A stretch of 63,595 bases of DNA, the filler included, from Chrysochromulina tobinii (lineage: Eukaryota), in NCBI GenBank assembly GCA_001275005.1. It is 5 parts of 5 records of this genome, joined end to end, with 100 filler letters (N's around TTAATTAATTAA, not from the genome) between each part and the next. Parts side by side here need not be neighbours in the genome. Positions count along the whole stretch, not along the records: positions 58,071 to 63,595 come from JWZX01000703.1; 4 more parts are not named here. The stretch is one strand, 5' to 3'. Under the pieces are notes generated by a model. The model saw only the letters and a program-made list of their open reading frames with translations, was not told where the DNA came from and searched no databases. Both the position numbers and the translations under genes were made by a program. Positions within the stretch are counted from its first letter, which is position 1, and every line of letters begins with the position of its first letter. This document shows, piece by piece, positions 58,071 to 63,595 of this stretch.

Positions 58071-59564
58071 CGTCGGAGGATGCCGATAAGGCAGCGGCGA
58101 GCGCGGAGGCGAGCGGCAGCATCATCGGCCGCGGCGGCAGAGGCGGAGGTGGAGGAGGTGGCGGCGACGGCCGCGGCGGAGGCGGAGGCAGCGGCTGAGC
58201 GCGGCTCGCCGGTCTCGCAGCTGATCCGGGCCAGGAGTGCCGAGGACCAGGCGGCAGCAACGGAGCCGGCGGCAGCGGAGCCGGCGGCAATGGGGCCGGC
58301 GACAGTGGAGCCGGCGGCACATGAGATCATCCGGAAAGACGCCATCGAGACGGCCGCGGCGACTCGCGTGCAGTCGGCCGAGCGCGGTAGAAGAGCCAAG
58401 GAGGAAGCCAAAAAGAAGGCCAAGGAGATGAAGGGCCAACCTGTAAAACCGGCTGAAGCTCGCGCCTCTGTATCTGCCCTGCGAAGGGATGTGCTCGCTG
58501 CTCAGCTGCGCAACACATTGATCAGCATCAACCGCGGCGCCATGGATCGCCCACGCACCTCAGGCTCGATAGGTGGCTCGAAGGCAGATTCGGGTCTTGT
58601 CGGTGTTCGGGTCTTGTCGGTGGCGACGCGCAATGCGACGCACGAGTTGCTCGAGCGCGCGCGCACGTCCTTGCAGGCGGATGAAGATGGGGCGTTCACG
58701 AAGCGCTCTGCGCGCCTCATTCAGAACCAGGAGCGCCTCGGGCGGCTCTCACACATGGACTCGGTAGACCGCGCCGTGCGACGGCACGAGAAGCAGACGG
58801 CGCTGCAACAGAATCAGCACCGTTACAAACAGCAGTGGGAAACCGAGACGGCGATGAAGCTCGCGCGTGAGACGATGGTCGGCGCCATGCGCACCAACGC
58901 GGTACGACCCGTCCTGACCTCGGCGTCATCATTGCACCGCTTGCCCTTGTCCCCGACCCGCTCGGCTCGTCGGCACCGCGTGCACCATGAGCGGTCCCTC
59001 TCGGCCGATGCCTCCGCTGAAGCTCTTACGTTACGCGTGATCATGCCTCCATCGGGCAAGAAGCCACACGTCCAGATGGGTACGATGCTCCCCAAGACGA
59101 TCCGCGGTGCCCGCCGACTGCAGAGCGCTAGCAACCTGCCGCGTGTGCTTTCTAAGGAGCGACTGGTGGCTTTGGCATCCAACCCGGCCATCCTACCGAC
59201 GGTCCTCTTCTCTCTGTTGATGCAATCGCCCCACGGCTCACGGCCGTCAACCTCACCGAGCTCGACACGCCGCAAATCCGTGCTGTCTTACCCACGGCCG
59301 TCAACCTCACCGAGCAGATCCCAAAACAACTCCCTCGACGCAACACGGCCGTCGACTTCGCCGAGCACGACAAGTCGTGAACGCAGACCGAGCATGAGCC
59401 AGCCTAGCCAAAGAAGGGCACGGCAACCATCAGCCAGCCGCAAGCCCGATGGCGACCTCTTAGGAGGCGCGAAGGATACCGTGTACCAGCGCTTGGGCAG
59501 TGCTTCCTTGCATGCATCCTCCTCCGGGACGGCTAAAGACTTAGGACCGTGGGATGCACTGTGA
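58071..59564 (+). CDS. Hypothetical low-complexity protein with an IQ-like motif, probably 5'-truncated
   Basis: Long ORF with AAATRVQSAERGRRAK (IQ-like) and three RPSTSPS repeats. Confidence 0.55.
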   Translation, partial: RRRMPIRQRRARRRAAASSAAAAEAEVEEVAATAAAEAEAAAERGSPVSQLIRARSAEDQAAATEPAAAEPAAMGPATVEPAAHEIIRKDAIETAAATRVQSAERGRRAKEEAKKKAKEMKGQPVKPAEARASVSALRRDVLAAQLRNTLISINRGAMDRPRTSGSIGGSKADSGLVGVRVLSVATRNATHELLERARTSLQADEDGAFTKRSARLIQNQERLGRLSHMDSVDRAVRRHEKQTALQQNQHRYKQQWETETAMKLARETMVGAMRTNAVRPVLTSASSLHRLPLSPTRSARRHRVHHERSLSADASAEALTLRVIMPPSGKKPHVQMGTMLPKTIRGARRLQSASNLPRVLSKERLVALASNPAILPTVLFSLLMQSPHGSRPSTSPSSTRRKSVLSYPRPSTSPSRSQNNSLDATRPSTSPSTTSRERRPSMSQPSQRRARQPSASRKPDGDLLGGAKDTVYQRLGSASLHASSSGTAKDLGPWDAL

Positions 59565-59961
59565 CGCGCCCGGTTTCCGGGTTCGTCCGGCGGTTAGCGA
59601 GTACATGTACGTCAAGGATCTAACTAACGTTAGTCATTACGACGAGAACAATCCGGACCGACCGACGCGTTCGGTCTAAGAGACTAAGACGTAGCGCTAG
59701 AACGCTCCGGACAATCATGATCGCGGGCGGCGTGACCGTCCGGCCTGAGAGATGTGAGATCTCCGTGTGTGAGCTGTGACGATGTGTCGTCGTGTGCCTG
59801 TGCGACGCCGACAGCATGGCTTTGGGGGGCGAAGACGAAGTACGAAGAGCCGCTTCGTAAGCACGATGGACAAGACCACGATACGATCGATAGGCCCCAG
59901 AGGGTCGTACGGTTCGTGGATCGTTCGATCCGCGATCACAAGATGTTGACCCTCGCCCATT

Positions 59962-61540
59962 CTATGCCACTGCATCCAAAAGCAGCCGGTTGAGCAACAT
60001 CATACTTCCACTGCACGGCTGCCAGTGTGTGCAGTCGAGCCGCGGCGTCGCGCGACTAGCGCTGGCGTCCACGCCGCCGCCGCTACCACCGCGTCGGCTC
60101 GTCCATCCCGGGTGGTCCACCCGCAATCAGATGCAATCAGATGCAATCAAATGCAATCACCTGAGTAGTGACGGGAGGTGGTCCATGTGGCGATGCACGA
60201 GAGGCCAAAAGGCGGGAAGCGTCTCGACCACACGTGCGCCGCGCATGCACGACTCTCCCTGTGAAGGGACCTGCTGTGAAGAGCCCTGCCGTGAAGAGCC
60301 CTGCTGTGAAGAGCCCCGCGCCTCCCGCGCGCCCGCGGCGGCGCTGGTGGCGGCTCCCTCGACCATTTCCATCGCGGGGCGAGCCACTCGTGCATGCAAG
60401 CGCCGCGCCTCATGCACAGAGAGTGGCATGCATCCGGCGCTCGCGTTTGCGTGACGGGCGGCGCGCGGCGGGCGGCCTGGGAAGGCTCCACCGCCGGCGT
60501 AGTGCTGCGGCAGGTGCTCACGCCAGAGGACACGTGGCCAGTGGGTGCGGCGACATGCAAGCGCGATGAGTGAGCGCACTCCGGTGGAGAGTAAGTCGAG
60601 CGCCGTGTCGAGCGCCGTGTCGAGCGCCTCGTGAGCTCGAATCTCCGCTGCCGCTGGTTCGGCGAGGGGGCTGCGCTCGGGACGACGCGAGATGCTCGCC
60701 ACGGCGCCGTGGCCGCCGTGCTCGGCCTCGGCACTGCGATCGGCAGCGTTCGGACCCCCTAACCTCGCGAGAGGGCCGTACCTGTGGGGAAATGACGCCG
60801 TGGTGAGCACTTGCATGCAGCGCCCCGAGCCTCGCCAGAGGCCCGTACCAGAGCCCCACGTTGAGCACAACGGTGCCGTCTCGGCCAACGGGTGCGAAGA
60901 GCGGATCGAGCACCCGGGCGAGCGCGGCCTCACTCGGCGGGAGCAAGTTGAGCCGGCGCACCATCAAGGTCAGCGCGGGTGCACCCCGTGCCTCGCAGTC
61001 CATCTCGGCGCCTTCGTATCGGTTCACGTAAAGGAGCTCAGGCAGCCGATCACGCAGCCGACCGCCTCGCCTCGCCGTCCGTGACGTCTGAGCCAGTGAG
61101 GTCTCTGGCCGGTGAATCCCCGTGCACTGCATGGTACGCCCGGCGCGTCGGAGCCAGGCGAGCAGCGCGTCGAATTGGAACTTCATCAGCGAATCGCCGA
61201 TGAGCATGAGCCGCCCTCGTAGGCGCCTTACGCTGTGGCGTGCCACGCTACAATTGTCGGGCACAAAGTGAGCGGGCGTACCTCGATGCTGGTCGATGCA
61301 AGGCTCCTTGTGATGCCAACCGGCAGCTGGCTTTCGGTACCAACGGCCCTGCAACGGCCGAGGTTGGAGCCGGCAGAGTGGCAGCGCCTTGGTCTCCTCG
61401 AGGCAGGACGTGCAAGCAGCGCACCGGCACCATTGGCCACAATGGCTAGGTAAGCACCAGGACTCGCACGCGGCCGGTGCGGTGTCGCGGCGCTTGCGTG
61501 GCACGCACGTCGAGCGCGTGTGAACGCTCGAGGGCTCCAT
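59962..61540 (-). CDS. SGNH/PC-esterase (trichome-birefringence-like) polysaccharide O-acetyl-modifying protein; 3 exons
   Basis: FVPDNC, LMLIGDSL, VVLNVGLW|Y, LWREHLPQHY and LDCTHW (DxxH). Introns are 60848-60782 and one from 60160 to an acceptor at 60083 or 60062 (both keep frame). Confidence 0.75.
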
Positions 61541-62176
61541 ACGCTCGCCTCATGCTGGCGCACCTCGATCCTTGTGTGTGAATGTGAGGTAAAGCGGTGT
61601 GAACGTTAACACGACAGGCACTGTTACTGCCCGCTCAGAATACACACACCTTACATGACCCCATGTGAGACGCGGAGCATGTGAATTACATTCAACTCTG
61701 ACTAACTAGTTTGTCCGCGCAATTCTCAGCTCAAATTCTGGCACGTTCTGGATGTAGGATGACTGTCAAACATCATGTTTCCTGCGAGAGCCTCTCGCTC
61801 TCTCAAAGGGTGACGAAATCGTGGGCGGTGGCGGCCCACTGCGTCTTGGCGCCGCTGAGTATGCTCGGGTCGACTTGGTAGAAGCTGGCGCGCAGCCCGG
61901 CCATCCACGTGTCGCTGTTCTGCGGCGGCCACGACTCCTTGGTGGCGATGGCCACGTTGCCGTTCACCACCAGCTCCTGACGTTGTAGGGATGCCTGGAG
62001 CCCTTGCCGGCGCTACTGCTCGATCAGGCCCTGCTTCTGCAGCTTGTGCTGCTTGTCACGCGCGTCCTCGCGCTCGAACTGGTGGCGCAGCTCCTCTGCC
62101 TCCCGGTAGTGCTCGCTCAAGATCCGGTGGAGCTTCATCCGTTGACCCTTGGCAGTTACCGTCCGATGAGCGTATC

Positions 62177-63595
62177 TCAGATGTGCAACATGCCTGGCAC
62201 GGCCGAGCGCGGCGCGTCGGGGTCGCTGCAGTTGGGCGCCACCATGTTCCCCGACGCGCCGCTACTGATGCCAGAGGCGCGGCCCCCGCCATTGCCCCCT
62301 ACGTCGCCCCTTTCCTTGCGAAGCTCATAGGTGCTCAGCTGGTGCTCGCCTGCGTCGACGTGATCGTCATGAGAGTCAGTAACGACGGAGAGGTCGGCAG
62401 CGGAGCCTGCAGAGGAGCGCCCCCGAGGCGGCTGATGCACGATCGTCGCGCGCTCCCGCGCCGACCTTGCCGCCGCCACATTCTGCGCCTCCTCGTTTTG
62501 CTGGCGCAACATGTCCTGCTGCCGTGCGCCGACCTCGGCACTGTCTGCTCGTGAAGAGCCTTCCGTTTTGGAGGAATCTCTGTCGAAGCGATCGCACATC
62601 TCGATACCAACGCCGCCACCGCCGCCACCGCTACCGCCGCTACCGCCGCTACCACTGGGCATGGAGACGCTGCACGCGGGCAGCTCCTGTTGATGAAGCT
62701 GCTCTGCGGAGACCGTGCTCGCGGACATATTGCGGAGCCAGTTGTTGACGTCTTTGCGCCGCAGCTCGACTCCCCTGCGCCTCGACCACCAGCAGACCAT
62801 CGCCAGGCAGCACAGAAGCCCAACAATCGCCGCGGGCACGGCGATGGCGAGGATGGCTATGGCGCCGCCACCGGCGCTGTCCTGCGCGCCTGGCGGCCGT
62901 TGCGGGGGCGGAAATGGAGAGAGCGAGGAAGGCGGTGGCGGTGGCGGAGGTGCGACGTTCGCGATGGTGGGCGGCGTCACGACCGCGAGCACGGCGATCG
63001 AGACGCCGGTGACGCTCGCGAGCATGGCTGTCGCGCCGCTTGGGCTGCTCGTCGCGCTGGCCATCGTCGACTGCACCGAGGTCGCCGTCACCGCGTACGT
63101 CTGGATGCTCACAAGGACGATGACGCTGCCCGATGTCACAGTCACCGTCACCGCCGATGGGTCGACGCCCGCCCGCGCCGCGATCGCGCCCTGCATCTCG
63201 TTCCGCACGCTCGGGGTGAACGAGGAGACGTCGCCGGCGAGCACGAGGGCGAATCCGACGACGCTCATCGCCGGCGGCGATGGCGGCGGCGATGGCGGGG
63301 GCGGCGAGGGCGGCGGTTGTGGCAGTGAGGGTGGTGGCGACCATGGTGGCGGTGGCGGCGGTGAGGGTGGTGGCGAGGGTAGTGGCGGCAAACAGCCACC
63401 CGCAGGTGCGGGCGGCGAGTGCGGCGGCGGCGAGGGCGAGGGCGGCGGCGGGGAGGGCGAGGGCGGCGGCGGCGAGGGCGGCGGCGGTGGTGAGGGCGAG
63501 GGCGGAGGTGGCGAGGGCGGAGGCGGCGAGGGCAGCGGCGGTGGTGAGGGCGAGGGCGGAGGCAGCAGCGAGGACGGAGGCGGCGGCGAGGGCGG
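62177..63595 (-). CDS. Ser/Pro-rich single-pass cell-surface protein, 5'-truncated by the window end
   Basis: SPPP extensin-like tracts, a VGFALVLAGDVSSF...VTSGSVIV module, TM segment AIAILAIAVPAAIVGLLCCLAMVCWW and a basic stop-transfer sequence. Confidence 0.7.
   Translation of the reverse strand, partial: PPSPPPPSSLLPPPSPSPPPLPSPPPPSPPPPSPSPPPPPSPPPPSPSPPPPSPSPPPHSPPAPAGGCLPPLPSPPPSPPPPPPWSPPPSLPQPPPSPPPPSPPPSPPAMSVVGFALVLAGDVSSFTPSVRNEMQGAIAARAGVDPSAVTVTVTSGSVIVLVSIQTYAVTATSVQSTMASATSSPSGATAMLASVTGVSIAVLAVVTPPTIANVAPPPPPPPSSLSPFPPPQRPPGAQDSAGGGAIAILAIAVPAAIVGLLCCLAMVCWWSRRRGVELRRKDVNNWLRNMSASTVSAEQLHQQELPACSVSMPSGSGGSGGSGGGGGGVGIEMCDRFDRDSSKTEGSSRADSAEVGARQQDMLRQQNEEAQNVAAARSARERATIVHQPPRGRSSAGSAADLSVVTDSHDDHVDAGEHQLSTYELRKERGDVGGNGGGRASGISSGASGNMVAPNCSDPDAPRSAVPGMLHI

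Overview
Eukaryotic, very GC-rich, gene-dense nuclear DNA, most likely from a haptophyte (prymnesiophyte) alga. This is inferred from two chlorophyll a/c light-harvesting genes with signal-plus-transit leaders, Ser/Pro-rich surface proteins and short spliceosomal introns. The window is not contiguous: four artificial 100-nt linkers (N44-TTAATTAATTAA-N44) join five contigs (1-22727, 22828-39396, 39497-42939, 43040-57970, 58071-63595). About 28 protein genes can be modelled; I reconstructed the spliced ones by hand and all modelled exon chains keep frame. They include ERG28-like, RNA methylase-like, two LHCs, a sulfotransferase, an AAA ATPase, GH49-like, NAP1, AMSH, an SDR, TylF, DGAT2-like, PP2A B''/PPP2R3C and an SGNH esterase, plus a broken IS630/Tc1-like transposase. 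The most striking signal is in the introns. Many 67-221-nt introns begin with a copy of the next exon's start or end with a copy of the previous exon's end. They carry sense-oriented CTGAT-based 10-12-nt arrays and/or a shared GCATGCAAGTGCTCACCAC motif, suggesting an active duplication-linked, introner-like intron-generating process. Other highlights are a 1811-codon five-domain ORF, BTHB-NAP1 and FYVE-SCP2-membrane fusions, a secreted AKR lacking its catalytic tetrad, and a chimeric truncated ASCC3/Brr2-type helicase gene. All family assignments come from motif recognition by eye; no database searches were run.
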